From NCBI GenBank assembly GCA_031296165.1, contig JARLGF010000140.1, positions 7,775-71,774 of the forward strand: 64,000 nucleotides of DNA, read 5' to 3'. Numbering within the stretch: the stretch's first letter is position 1; each line of letters begins with the position of its first letter. The notes beneath the pieces were generated by a model, which searched no databases, had not been told where the DNA came from, and saw nothing but the letters and a program-made list of their open reading frames with translations. Below are positions 48,795 through 58,265 of this stretch, one piece after another. The stretch comes from Terracidiphilus sp. Its GTDB lineage: Bacteria > Acidobacteriota > Terriglobia > Terriglobales > Acidobacteriaceae. The position numbers and the translations under genes were made by a program.

Positions 48795-51700
48795 TTAGAA
48801 CGAGAATGCGGCCTGTAAGAAGATGCGCCGCGCCGCCGAGCCGGCAGGGGAGGCGAAGATGCCACCGGCAAGGCTGGTTGACTTGTCAAACCGGGAGCCT
48901 GGGCCATACACGGCGGTAGCGCCAGAACCCGAGACCAGAGTGGGAACCACGCTGCCACTTGGGGTTCCATAGTTAATATCGTTAAACAGGTTCAAAGCCT
49001 GGGCACTGAAGGTAAGCGAGTACTTGTGGCCGGTGTTGGACATACCACCGCGGCCGCCACCACCTCCGCCGAAGCCGCCACCGCCACGGCCACCACCACC
49101 TCCGCCTGGCCCACCACCGCCCATCATTGGAGGAGGGCCGCCACCGCCAGGCCCACCACCCTGCTGCGATCTGCCTGCGGCGCTTGCTGCCACTTTAGGA
49201 CCGATGCCGATGGAGCGGCTGACGCGCAAGTTCACCGCAACCGAGGCCGGGCTGTTGCCCAAATTGCTTGGCAGAAGTATTTCTCCCGTCTGTGGATTTG
49301 TGTCGAGGCAGCCGAAGGAAGTTTGCACGTATTGCGCCGATCCCGCGGAGCAGTCCGACGTGCTCGATGCATAGGAAGGCCGGTTGTTGAAGAAGTTATC
49401 TCCAGTCAAATCCGTGTTGGTTGTGATATCAAACGGCCTTCCCGACTGAGCAATGAGGAAAGGGTTCCACGCAATGCCCCACTTGCCGGTGTAGCTACTC
49501 ATCAGGAAGAGCATGTTCTTTCTGACAAAGCCGGCGCGCCCGTAGTCCTGGTTCAGATCGTAGGAGTTCGACGCGGTGCCGGTATTGCCGTTGGCGAAGT
49601 TCAGCGTGTAGAAACCCGTAAGGTTGAAGTTCGGAGTGAACCGCCCGTTGAAGTTAACAATTAACTGGTTCTGCTTGAATACCGCCTCGGGATAGATCTC
49701 ATCCACGATACCAAGGCTTGGATCGGGCCGAGTACCAGTCAATGTCGAACTGCCATAGGCGTATGTTCCAGGCAGATACGCATTTGAGTTCCGCGTCGCA
49801 ATCTGGTGCACGCCATTGGAGCGGACGTAGGTTAAGGTCAGCGAAGATGCCTTGGTAAGCTGACGCTCGAGGCTCACGCCGAGCTGTTCGTTGTACGGCG
49901 AGTGGTAGTTGGGATCGAGTTGCTGGATCTGCCTGTTGACGGAGCCGCCGGCACTGCAGTTGGAGCCGGACTGAGCCAATGCATCCGACAACGATGTATT
50001 GCTGAAGCAGGTCGGATTGGTGATGACTGTCTGCACCTGGCTGTTGGCGCCGCCGTTGTTCTGTTCCAGTCCGAGAAGGCTGCCGGTTTGGAAGCGGTCG
50101 TAAAAGAAGCCAAAGCCGCCGCGCAGTACGGTCTTGGCCTGCCGCTTGTTTTTGTGTCCGTCCAATGCATAGGCAAAGGCAACGCGCGGGCCAAAATCGC
50201 TGTGATCGGCGGTGTGATTTTGCGACTCCCAGCGGAGGCCGCCGGAAAGAGTGAGGAATTGGTTAACCTTCCAGTCGTCCTGGAAAAACAGAGCGCCGTC
50301 AAAGACGTTGGCGAGGTATTTCTGTCCGCCCGTGGTATAGGTGAGCTTGGTGGGAGTGCAGCCCCCCAGCGCCACTTGTGCAGGTGTGCAGGCGGCAGCT
50401 ATCTGAGCAACCGTCAGGCCATTTGTCAGTCCGTTGCGCGTGTCGATATAGGCGGTCAAAGAAGGGAAGCTGAAGCTACCGTTAAAGCCGCCGTCCGAGG
50501 AGCTAGCTTCGCGGTTATCGCGCATCCAGGTGCCGAACTTGATGGCCTGTGAACCCACGGTCATCATGGTCACATTCTGCAATTCAAGGTGAGCGGAGTG
50601 ATTGGTAGAGAACTGGTCACTGTTTCCGCCGTCGGTGAAGTATCCCGGGATACTGACCGTCGGCGCGGTGCTCACCGAGGTTGATACCGTTGGCGCACGC
50701 CGGTATTGAAAGCGCGTTTCATTCACGATGCGATCGTTGATGATTTGCGAATCGCTCAACTGAACTGCTTGCTCGGTTGTAGTTGATCCGGTGGCTTGCG
50801 CGGGCAGCGAAGTGGAGGAACCGAGAACGTCACTCTGGGTGCTGCGTTCAAACTGGTACCGCACGGTCAGGGTGTTTTTTTCGCCGAGCTGCAGATCGAC
50901 CCGCGGAGAAACTTCAATGCGGTTTGAAGGGCTGTAAAGGCTGCCCGTAGTGGGATTGGTGGGAAGCGAATAGAGCCCCGTGGTCGTATCCAGGACGGGG
51001 AAATCAACAGAGTAAATGCGGGCATCGGGATTGTTGCGGCCTTCGACGCTGAAGAAAAACGATGCTTTCTTGTTGAGGGAACCGCTGATGGAGCCGTTGT
51101 ACTGAATGCTGTGGTACGCGGGGGGCGGAGCAAAAGGGTTTCCGGTGTTGAAGTTATCGTCGTTGCCCTGAAGGAAGCCTCGCCCGTGGAGCACGTCGGT
51201 GCCTGGCTTGGTGAAGATCTGAATTCGTCCGTATCCGATGCGATCGAACTCGGCCGAGAAAGGGTTCTGGTTGATGCGAATCTCGCGGATGGCCGACTTG
51301 GGCGGAAGGGTTCCGCCGGTGAACCCATCGATATAAATTTGTCCGCCGTTAGGGCCGGCCGAGGGACCGGCCAATGCCGACAGTTCGTTGGACAACTCGT
51401 CCGGATCGTCCGACAGTGCATCCAGGTCTTTGCCCTTGATGACGACGGCGCTGGCATTGCTGCCGGCATCCACGGAGACCTGGGGCGTATCTTCGTCTTC
51501 GGTGACGGTTACACTCTGCTGCTCGGCCTCGATGGCCATGGATATCTCAACGCGCTTCATCTGGCCAGCCGTAAGCTGGATAACCGGAGAAGCAAAGGGA
51601 GCGAAGCCGGCATAGGTGGCCTGTACGATGTAACTGCCCGGCGCCAGGTTATTTACGACATAGCCACCGGTGGAGTCCGCTGTCACGGAGCGCACTGTAA

Positions 51701-51923
51701 CTCCGGCTGGCGTGGTGATGGTGATGGGCGCACCGGGAATCACGGCGCCCGTCGCGTCGGCTATGTGCCCGCGCAGAGTAGCTGTTGACAAGGGCGGAGC
51801 GGGCGTGGCGGGAGTCTCGGCCAGAGCCGCGAGTACGCCGCCAAGCCCCAGGGCCAAAGCTATTAGAAAATGCATGAGGAAATGCAATTTTGTAAACACG
51901 TGTGCCTCGCTGCGGCTAACCAT
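48795..51923 (-). CDS. Oar-like TonB-dependent outer-membrane receptor with carboxypeptidase-regulatory-like N-domain (copy A)
   Basis: LRGHIADATGAVIPGA..DSTGGY..LAPGSYIV; FFQDDWKV..LTLSGGLRWE; C-terminal aromatic AFSF. Alternative start GTG 51899. Confidence 0.9.
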   Translation of the reverse strand: MVSRSEAHVFTKLHFLMHFLIALALGLGGVLAALAETPATPAPPLSTATLRGHIADATGAVIPGAPITITTPAGVTVRSVTADSTGGYVVNNLAPGSYIVQATYAGFAPFASPVIQLTAGQMKRVEISMAIEAEQQSVTVTEDEDTPQVSVDAGSNASAVVIKGKDLDALSDDPDELSNELSALAGPSAGPNGGQIYIDGFTGGTLPPKSAIREIRINQNPFSAEFDRIGYGRIQIFTKPGTDVLHGRGFLQGNDDNFNTGNPFAPPPAYHSIQYNGSISGSLNKKASFFFSVEGRNNPDARIYSVDFPVLDTTTGLYSLPTNPTTGSLYSPSNRIEVSPRVDLQLGEKNTLTVRYQFERSTQSDVLGSSTSLPAQATGSTTTEQAVQLSDSQIINDRIVNETRFQYRRAPTVSTSVSTAPTVSIPGYFTDGGNSDQFSTNHSAHLELQNVTMMTVGSQAIKFGTWMRDNREASSSDGGFNGSFSFPSLTAYIDTRNGLTNGLTVAQIAAACTPAQVALGGCTPTKLTYTTGGQKYLANVFDGALFFQDDWKVNQFLTLSGGLRWESQNHTADHSDFGPRVAFAYALDGHKNKRQAKTVLRGGFGFFYDRFQTGSLLGLEQNNGGANSQVQTVITNPTCFSNTSLSDALAQSGSNCSAGGSVNRQIQQLDPNYHSPYNEQLGVSLERQLTKASSLTLTYVRSNGVHQIATRNSNAYLPGTYAYGSSTLTGTRPDPSLGIVDEIYPEAVFKQNQLIVNFNGRFTPNFNLTGFYTLNFANGNTGTASNSYDLNQDYGRAGFVRKNMLFLMSSYTGKWGIAWNPFLIAQSGRPFDITTNTDLTGDNFFNNRPSYASSTSDCSAGSAQYVQTSFGCLDTNPQTGEILLPSNLGNSPASVAVNLRVSRSIGIGPKVAASAAGRSQQGGGPGGGGPPPMMGGGGPGGGGGGRGGGGFGGGGGGRGGMSNTGHKYSLTFSAQALNLFNDINYGTPSGSVVPTLVSGSGATAVYGPGSRFDKSTSLAGGIFASPAGSAARRIFLQAAFSF

Positions 51924-51989
51924 GAGTCAAATCTCCATCGCGTTTGTCGTTGTCATCGGGGAAGAGGAACGAACTCGATAACTGTCTTA

Positions 51990-52019
51990 GTAGACGAGCG
52001 GATCCAGCAAAAGGTTGAA
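51990..52019 (-). promoter_or_regulatory. ECF-sigma-type promoter, copy A
   Basis: TTCAACCTTTTG-ctggatccg-CTCGTCTAC (AACC-N16-CGTCTA); flanks identical to 56459-56488. Confidence 0.75.
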
Positions 52020-52064
52020 TATGTTGCATTGCAGTTTGTGGCAGTGTTTCTAATGCACTTATAC

Positions 52065-52101
52065 GCAAAAAGGCCGGAGCATTGCGCCCCGGCCTTTTTG
52101 C
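52065..52101 (-). terminator. Intrinsic terminator of TonB-dependent receptor copy B
   Basis: GCAAAAAGGCCGGAGC-attg-CGCCCCGGCCTTTTTGC; bidirectional shape. Confidence 0.85.
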
Positions 52102-52118
52102 TACTTTCGTTTTATAAC

Positions 52119-55100
52119 TTAGAACGAGAACGCCGTTTGAATAAAGATGCGCCGAGCCGCCGACCCCGAAGAGAAGATACCCCCCGCGAGACTGGTGGAT
52201 TTTCCAAAGCGCGAGTCGGTTACAACGCCTACCGGTTGTCCGTAGTCGATGTTATTGAATAAGTTCAGAGCCTGTGCGCTGAAGCTGAGGGAGTACTTGT
52301 GGCCTGTGTTAGCGCTACCGCCCATCATGCCGCCACCGCCACCATGACCAAATCCGCCGCCACCGAAACCGCCACGACCACCACCGCCAGGACCGCCGCC
52401 GGGAGGAGGACCGCTTGGGCCGCCGCCCTGGTTATTCGATCCGGCAGCAGAAGCCAGTTTGGGACCAAGCCCGAAGGCGCGTGTCACGCGTAGATTCACC
52501 GCTACCGATGCCGGCCCTGTACCCACGTTGCCGCCAAGCAGTGTTTCTCCCGACTGGGGAAGAGTATTCAGGCAGCCATACGACGTTTGTATATATTGCG
52601 TTGAACCGGCGGTGCAGTTGGACGAAGAGCTGATGGATGGACGATCGTTGAAGAAGTTGTCGCCCGTCAAATCGTAGGGCGTCACCACGTTGAACGGCCG
52701 CCCCGCCTGAGCAATCAGGAACGGGTTGAAGGTAATCCCCAGCGGACCGGCGTAGTTGCTCATCAGGAACACGCTGTTGCGCGCGGCATATGCTGCCGGG
52801 CGATAGTCCTGGTTCAGGTTGTATGAGTTCGATGCCGTTCCGGTGTTCGATTTGGCATAGGTCATGTTGTAATACCCCATTACGCTGAACCTGGGCGTAA
52901 GGCGAGCATTAATATTCACGATCACCTGGTTCTGCTTGAAGACGCCCTCGGGGTCATACTGCTCCACGATGCCCAGCTTAGAATTGGGCCGCGGTGCGAG
53001 TATCGTTGGCTGTGCGTTGAGATTGTAGATGTAGTCGCCTGTATGGTAGGCATTGGAGTCGCGCGTGACCATCTGGTGCACGCCATAGGCATGCTGATAA
53101 GTCAGCGTGAGCGATGTAGTTTTTGTCAACTGCCGTTCCAGGCTGGTTCCTAACTGCTGCGTATAGGGCGAGTGATACTGTGGCGCAATCTGCACGATTG
53201 TCTTGGCCGAAGCACTGGCCGACCCGCATAAAGTTGGGTCTGCAACAAAGGCGCTAATGCTGTCCGAATCGAAGCACGTCGGGTTTGTGATGGTGTATTG
53301 TGTCTGACTGTTCGTGCCGCCGTTGAACCGTTGGGTACTCAACAGGCTGGACAAGGGGAAGCGGTCATAGAAATATCCGTAGCCGCCGCGCAACACGGTC
53401 TTGGCCTGCTTCTTGTCTTTATGCCCATCGAGTGCATAGGCAAAAGCCACGCGCGGTCCCCAGTCACTGTGATCGGTAACGTGATTCTGCGATTCCCAGC
53501 GCAGGCCGCCCGACAAAGTCAGGAACTGATTGGCCTTCCAGTCGTCCTGCACAAAGAGCGCGCCGTCAAACACGCTGCTCAAAACAGCCGCCGTGCCGGT
53601 CGTGTAATTGAGTTTGTTGGGCAGGCCGCCGGCTGCGGCAATCTGTGCAAACGTCTGATGCGCGGCAAGACCGTTCAGCATGGTCACGTATGCGTTCACA
53701 GAGGTAAAGCTGAAGGTGCCGTTGAAGCCCGAAGTTGTGGAGTTGGCGTCGCGGTTGTAGCGCAGCCGGGTTCCAAACTTGAGCGCATGTGCTCCCGCAG
53801 TCATGGTGGTCAGGTTCTGCAGTTCCAGGTGATCTTCGTGGTCGTTGGAACGCTGGCTGCTGTTGCCGCCTCCCGTAAACGCTCCCGGTACCGAGATCGT
53901 TGGAGCTGTGCTCACAGGAGACGAAGAAGAGATGTCGCGCAGATACTGGAAGCGCGTCTCGTTTACCAGATGGTCATTGATGACTTGCGAATCGCTTACC
54001 TGCAGCGTGTGCTCCGTCGAGTCGGATGTGCTGGACTGCGAAGGCAGAGACGTGGTGCCGATATTGCCGCTCGAGTTGAAACGCTCGAACTGGTAGCGCA
54101 GCGTCAGCGTGTTCTTTTGTCCCAGTTGCAGGTCGATGCGCGGCGAAACCGAAGTGTGTGTCGAAGGGCTGAAGAGCGAACCGGACTTGTTGCCCGCGCT
54201 GTAAACCAAGGTGTTCGGATCCTGTACCGCCGTGTTGGCCGTATAGATGCTTGCGTTCTGGTTGTTGCGCTCTTCGACACTGATAAAGAACGATGCGTTT
54301 TTCGAGAGCGATCCGCTCAGCGTGCCGTTGTACTGGATGCTGTGGTACGCAGGAATCGCTTTGGTGAATGGATTGCCGGTATTGAAAGCGTCGTCGTTGC
54401 CTTGTCCGAAGAAACGCCCGTGGAGTTGGTCGGTGCCGGGTTTGGTGAGAATCTCAATGCGGCCGTAGCCCAGCCGGTCAAACTCGGAAGAGAAGGGATT
54501 CTGGTTGATGCGGATTTCGCGGATGGCCGACTTGGGCGGCAGTTGCCCGCCGGTAAAGCCGGAGATATAAACTTCTCCGCCGTTGGGTCCGGCAGAAGGG
54601 CCGGCCAGCGCTGTGAGTTCGCTAGACAATTCGTCGGGATCGTCTGAGAGCGCATCCAGGTCCTTGTCTTTCATCACAATCGAACTGGTGTTGCCACTGG
54701 CTTCCACGTTCACCGCTGGCGCTTCGTCGTCCGAGACAGTTACACTCTGCTGCTCGACCACAATGGCCATCGATATATCGACACGCTTGCTTTGCCCGGC
54801 GGCAATCTGGATAGCCGGAGAAGAAGCAGGAGAAAAGCCTTGATAGGTTGCTTTCACGATGTATGCGCCCGGAGCCAGGCCGCCCACGGAATAGGCGCCT
54901 CCGGAGTCGGCCGTGACCGTGGCGACGGCCTTTCCAGCCGACGTGCTTACGGTGATGGTGGCGCCAGGAATCAGCGCTCCCGATGGGTCGGCAATGTGCC
55001 CGCGCACAGTGGCAGTTATTGCGCTTGCCACTCGTTTTGGAGTTTGAGTGCCTGGGACTTGTGAGTTCGCCGCCACCGCACCCGCCAAACTTATTACCAA

Positions 55101-55142
55101 TGCAATAAGAAAAAGAGCAAAAAAATGCAATTTTGAGTACAC
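52119..55142 (-). CDS. Oar-like TonB-dependent outer-membrane receptor (copy B), paralog of copy A
   Basis: Near-identical plug region DLDALSDDPDELS..LPPKSAIREIRINQNPFS..TKPGTD; ends AFSF. Confidence 0.9.
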   Translation of the reverse strand: MYSKLHFFALFLIALVISLAGAVAANSQVPGTQTPKRVASAITATVRGHIADPSGALIPGATITVSTSAGKAVATVTADSGGAYSVGGLAPGAYIVKATYQGFSPASSPAIQIAAGQSKRVDISMAIVVEQQSVTVSDDEAPAVNVEASGNTSSIVMKDKDLDALSDDPDELSSELTALAGPSAGPNGGEVYISGFTGGQLPPKSAIREIRINQNPFSSEFDRLGYGRIEILTKPGTDQLHGRFFGQGNDDAFNTGNPFTKAIPAYHSIQYNGTLSGSLSKNASFFISVEERNNQNASIYTANTAVQDPNTLVYSAGNKSGSLFSPSTHTSVSPRIDLQLGQKNTLTLRYQFERFNSSGNIGTTSLPSQSSTSDSTEHTLQVSDSQVINDHLVNETRFQYLRDISSSSPVSTAPTISVPGAFTGGGNSSQRSNDHEDHLELQNLTTMTAGAHALKFGTRLRYNRDANSTTSGFNGTFSFTSVNAYVTMLNGLAAHQTFAQIAAAGGLPNKLNYTTGTAAVLSSVFDGALFVQDDWKANQFLTLSGGLRWESQNHVTDHSDWGPRVAFAYALDGHKDKKQAKTVLRGGYGYFYDRFPLSSLLSTQRFNGGTNSQTQYTITNPTCFDSDSISAFVADPTLCGSASASAKTIVQIAPQYHSPYTQQLGTSLERQLTKTTSLTLTYQHAYGVHQMVTRDSNAYHTGDYIYNLNAQPTILAPRPNSKLGIVEQYDPEGVFKQNQVIVNINARLTPRFSVMGYYNMTYAKSNTGTASNSYNLNQDYRPAAYAARNSVFLMSNYAGPLGITFNPFLIAQAGRPFNVVTPYDLTGDNFFNDRPSISSSSNCTAGSTQYIQTSYGCLNTLPQSGETLLGGNVGTGPASVAVNLRVTRAFGLGPKLASAAGSNNQGGGPSGPPPGGGPGGGGRGGFGGGGFGHGGGGGMMGGSANTGHKYSLSFSAQALNLFNNIDYGQPVGVVTDSRFGKSTSLAGGIFSSGSAARRIFIQTAFSF

Positions 55143-55183
55143 GTATGCCTCGTCCTGTGTAATTTGAAGAATTTGTAGTTCGT

Positions 55184-56398
55184 TTACTGGGCCATCTCGG
55201 CTGCGCCTGAACTCATGCTCCAGTTTGAAAGCAGATTGCTTGCCGCAGGAGCTTCAAGCAAAGGTTCAACACCGGCCAGCAAGGTAATTGCCGTTACGTC
55301 CGTTGCGCCCTGCGTTGAAACCAGCATGACCGCTTCACCTTTTTGCAGATCGGCGAACTTGATGACAGGTGAACGGCTCAACATCTGTTCCAGATCGAGC
55401 CTGCCCGGACCTCCGCCCGGACCGCCCGGACCGCCAAATTGACCACCGCCCGCCGGAGCACCAGCGCCCCCACCGGGACCGCCGCGGCTGCTCATACCCG
55501 GTGCGCCGCCATTGGGGCCGCCGGGAAATCCACCCGCGCCCGCCGTACCGCCCTTGAGCCGCATGGCCAGCATCTGCGCCATGCGCTCAGGCAGTTGGTG
55601 CATCTGCGCATCGGCGGTAATGTGGATGGTCACCTGTTTCTTGGTAGTGAGATCCTTAACCACCAATGTGGAACCAGCGGCATCCAGCGATGCAATGGTT
55701 CCAGAAACATTGCGGAAGCCACCTGAAATAATCTCTTCCGCCTGAATCTCCGTTCCGTCTGCATTTTTGGCTCCGCGAGCCCGCAACTGGTCGCCTGCAT
55801 GAATCGCATCAATCGGCGCCACCTGGGCCTGATCGAACCGGACCGATGCCTGCGCGTAGCGTTTCAGGACGGTTGCCGTGGTGGCATGAACCGTGATGGT
55901 CTTGGCTGTAGCTCCAGCGCCGCTGGTGAGCACAATGACACCACCTGCGTTGTCAACGCTTTTTACCAGGCCGCCAACGCCGCGCCGCTGCCAGTCTTCG
56001 CGCTCCAGTTCCTGCTTTTTGGCTACGTCTTCCTGTTTGACTGCGATAATCTGCAGCGCTACCGAGGCTCCTTCGGGCGCCTTGGGGTCAAGCTTTACCA
56101 GCACGCGGTCTCCAGTAGCCAGGCTGTTGAACTCGATGACCGCAGCCTTGTTCAGGTCCTTTTCTCCGGGGGCAATCTGTTTCAGGACCGCAGTTGGAGG
56201 CACATCGACCTGGTGCACCTCACCTGCATCGGTCTTGACCGTCAGCGTGGAGCCGTTCACGGCCGTCACCGTGCCCAAAAAACGGGCAGGGGCCTGCGCA
56301 ACAGCCATGGTTATGGCCAGCGGCGCTGCAATCAGCAAAGCCAGCAACGCGAAATGCGTCATCGAGACAGAAAGGCGAATCTTACTCTTGTTCGTCAT
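55184..56398 (-). CDS. Exported repeated small beta-domain (DUF5666-like) protein with Gly-rich linker
   Basis: Signal peptide; three repeats of the type GTVTAVNGSTLTVK / GLVKSVD..IVLT / GTIASLD..TLVVK, each followed by a GD/GE-x-V/L motif. Confidence 0.7.
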   Translation of the reverse strand: MTNKSKIRLSVSMTHFALLALLIAAPLAITMAVAQAPARFLGTVTAVNGSTLTVKTDAGEVHQVDVPPTAVLKQIAPGEKDLNKAAVIEFNSLATGDRVLVKLDPKAPEGASVALQIIAVKQEDVAKKQELEREDWQRRGVGGLVKSVDNAGGVIVLTSGAGATAKTITVHATTATVLKRYAQASVRFDQAQVAPIDAIHAGDQLRARGAKNADGTEIQAEEIISGGFRNVSGTIASLDAAGSTLVVKDLTTKKQVTIHITADAQMHQLPERMAQMLAMRLKGGTAGAGGFPGGPNGGAPGMSSRGGPGGGAGAPAGGGQFGGPGGPGGGPGRLDLEQMLSRSPVIKFADLQKGEAVMLVSTQGATDVTAITLLAGVEPLLEAPAASNLLSNWSMSSGAAEMAQ

Positions 56399-56458
56399 AA
56401 GTCAATTCTCCACGGACCAACCTTATCGGCACCGGGCATGAAAATTGGTTCTTAGCTT

Positions 56459-56488
56459 GTAGACGAGTCAGTGCGCCAAAAGGTTGAA
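56459..56488 (-). promoter_or_regulatory. ECF-sigma-type promoter, copy B
   Basis: TTCAACCTTTTG-gcgcactga-CTCGTCTAC; 21 flanking bp identical to copy A with a divergent 9 bp centre. Confidence 0.75.
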
Positions 56489-56714
56489 AGATCTGGCCTG
56501 GCAGGGTGAAGATGCGCAGAAAACAGGAACAACCAGCAATTATTCATAAGGATACGAGCCAGAAAGCGAGCGGAAACGTGTAGGGATGCTATTCCGTAGG
56601 GTGTCAATTTTGATTCTGGCTGGGGGGCTGGTTGATCGTATGGCTTCACGTGAAGAGCATCGGCCGGCTGGGCAAGATGCCCACAACATGAACCTCTGCA
56701 ACAGGAGAACTGCT

Positions 56715-58265
56715 TTAACGCGCCAGTACCGCCGTCTCAAGGAACGTATAGCTGCCTGACGGGGTGGGAATCACATGGGTGAGCCGCCGGTTATGCACCA
56801 CGATCGAATCCTGATACCAGAGATTGATGGCAGGCAGGTCGCGGGCAAGAATCTGCTGGGTTTCTATGTAATCCGCGCGACGCTGGGCCGCGTCCTGGCT
56901 TTGCGCCGCGTCGTCCAGCAGCAGGTCGAGCCGGGGATTGGAGTAGTGGCCGCGGTTTGCGCCTTTGGGGGAGAAGTTCGCGGTAGCGAAGACATAGCTA
57001 AAAATATCGGGCTGCTCGTTGCCGCCGATCCAGCGCAGCGAATACATCTGGAAGGCTCCACGCGTGACGTCGGAGTAGAACGTGGCGAACTCGTAGCTGC
57101 GCAGATCGAGCGCAATGCCTACCGCGGCCAATTGTTGCTGCAATACCGCGGCGAGAAGGCGCGTCCCCTGGTCGGTGCTGGTTTTCATTACCAGGTGGAA
57201 GCGGATACCGTTGGGGTGGCGTGTATATCCGGCAGCGTCCAGCAGGGCTGCCGCACGAGCCGGATTGAAATCGTAGCGGGCGACATCGCCGGTGAAAGCC
57301 CAGTGCTGCGGGGGGAGCAGGCTGAGCGCAGGCCGCGCATGACCGTGCATCAAAGATTGAATGATGAGGCCGCGATCGATGGAGAAGGCAATGGCCTGAC
57401 GCACGCGCACATCCTTCAGCAGCGGGTCGCGCAGGTTAAAGGCCAGATACTGAATCTGTGTTCCCTCCGTGTCTTCCACCAGCAGGTTAGGGCGGCTTGC
57501 GAGTATCGGCAGCGAATCCATGGGCAGGGAATTGACAGCCAGGTCACCGGAACCTTTTTCCAGTTCCAGCGACTCGGTAATGGCGTCCGGAACGACTGCG
57601 AAGCGCACCCGGTCGAGCTTAGGCACTGCGCCCCAACTGAGGGGATTGCGCTCGATGACGACATTCTGATCGATCTGCTGGCTCACGAAGCGAAATGGCC
57701 CGGTGCCTACGGGATGCAGCCAGAAGTTGCGCCCGCTGCCCTCTGGAACAATACCGATGGCGCCGGTGGAAAGATTGGTAAGCAGGAAATTGTCTTCATG
57801 CTTCAGATGAAAGACGACCGTCTGGTCATCGGAGGCCGCGACCGTGTTCACTGAGGCGTAGGAGGCGGCCTTCGGCGAGATCACTGCGCCGGAGCGCATG
57901 GAGTTGATGGTCCACACTACATCGCGGGCAGTCAATGCGCGGCCGTCGTGAAAGCGCACGCCGGGGCGGAGATGAAAGACAAGCGTGAGCGGGTCAGTCT
58001 GCTCCCAGCGCTCGGCTAATGCGGGGGTAAAACGAAAGCTGGCGTCGTGAGCGACGAGGCCATCGAAGAGCAGTTCGTCAATATGCTCCGATTGACCATC
58101 CGTACCGATGCGCGGATCGAGGTTTGCCGGGCTGCTCTCGATGAGAAATACCACCGTATCGAGATCACGCTGCGCCGAATGACAGCCGACAAGGGAGACA
58201 AGCACGGCCAGCGCGAGCAACGAAAGTAATGTGGTCCGATTGATGGTCTGAGGCACTCTACGCAT
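56715..58265 (-). CDS. ABC transporter substrate-binding lipoprotein, family 5 (OppA/DppA/MppA-like)
   Basis: Lipobox LVGC; PALAERWE..FHLRPGVRFHDG; PVGTGPF; VRQAIAFSIDR; YSNPRLDLLL. Confidence 0.92.
   Translation of the reverse strand: MRRVPQTINRTTLLSLLALAVLVSLVGCHSAQRDLDTVVFLIESSPANLDPRIGTDGQSEHIDELLFDGLVAHDASFRFTPALAERWEQTDPLTLVFHLRPGVRFHDGRALTARDVVWTINSMRSGAVISPKAASYASVNTVAASDDQTVVFHLKHEDNFLLTNLSTGAIGIVPEGSGRNFWLHPVGTGPFRFVSQQIDQNVVIERNPLSWGAVPKLDRVRFAVVPDAITESLELEKGSGDLAVNSLPMDSLPILASRPNLLVEDTEGTQIQYLAFNLRDPLLKDVRVRQAIAFSIDRGLIIQSLMHGHARPALSLLPPQHWAFTGDVARYDFNPARAAALLDAAGYTRHPNGIRFHLVMKTSTDQGTRLLAAVLQQQLAAVGIALDLRSYEFATFYSDVTRGAFQMYSLRWIGGNEQPDIFSYVFATANFSPKGANRGHYSNPRLDLLLDDAAQSQDAAQRRADYIETQQILARDLPAINLWYQDSIVVHNRRLTHVIPTPSGSYTFLETAVLAR

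Noticed and set aside
56420-56455. Minus-strand GCCGATAA (sigma28 -10 box) upstream of the DUF5666-like gene
   Set aside because: No TAAA-like -35 box at 15 bp; the ECF motif explains the region better.
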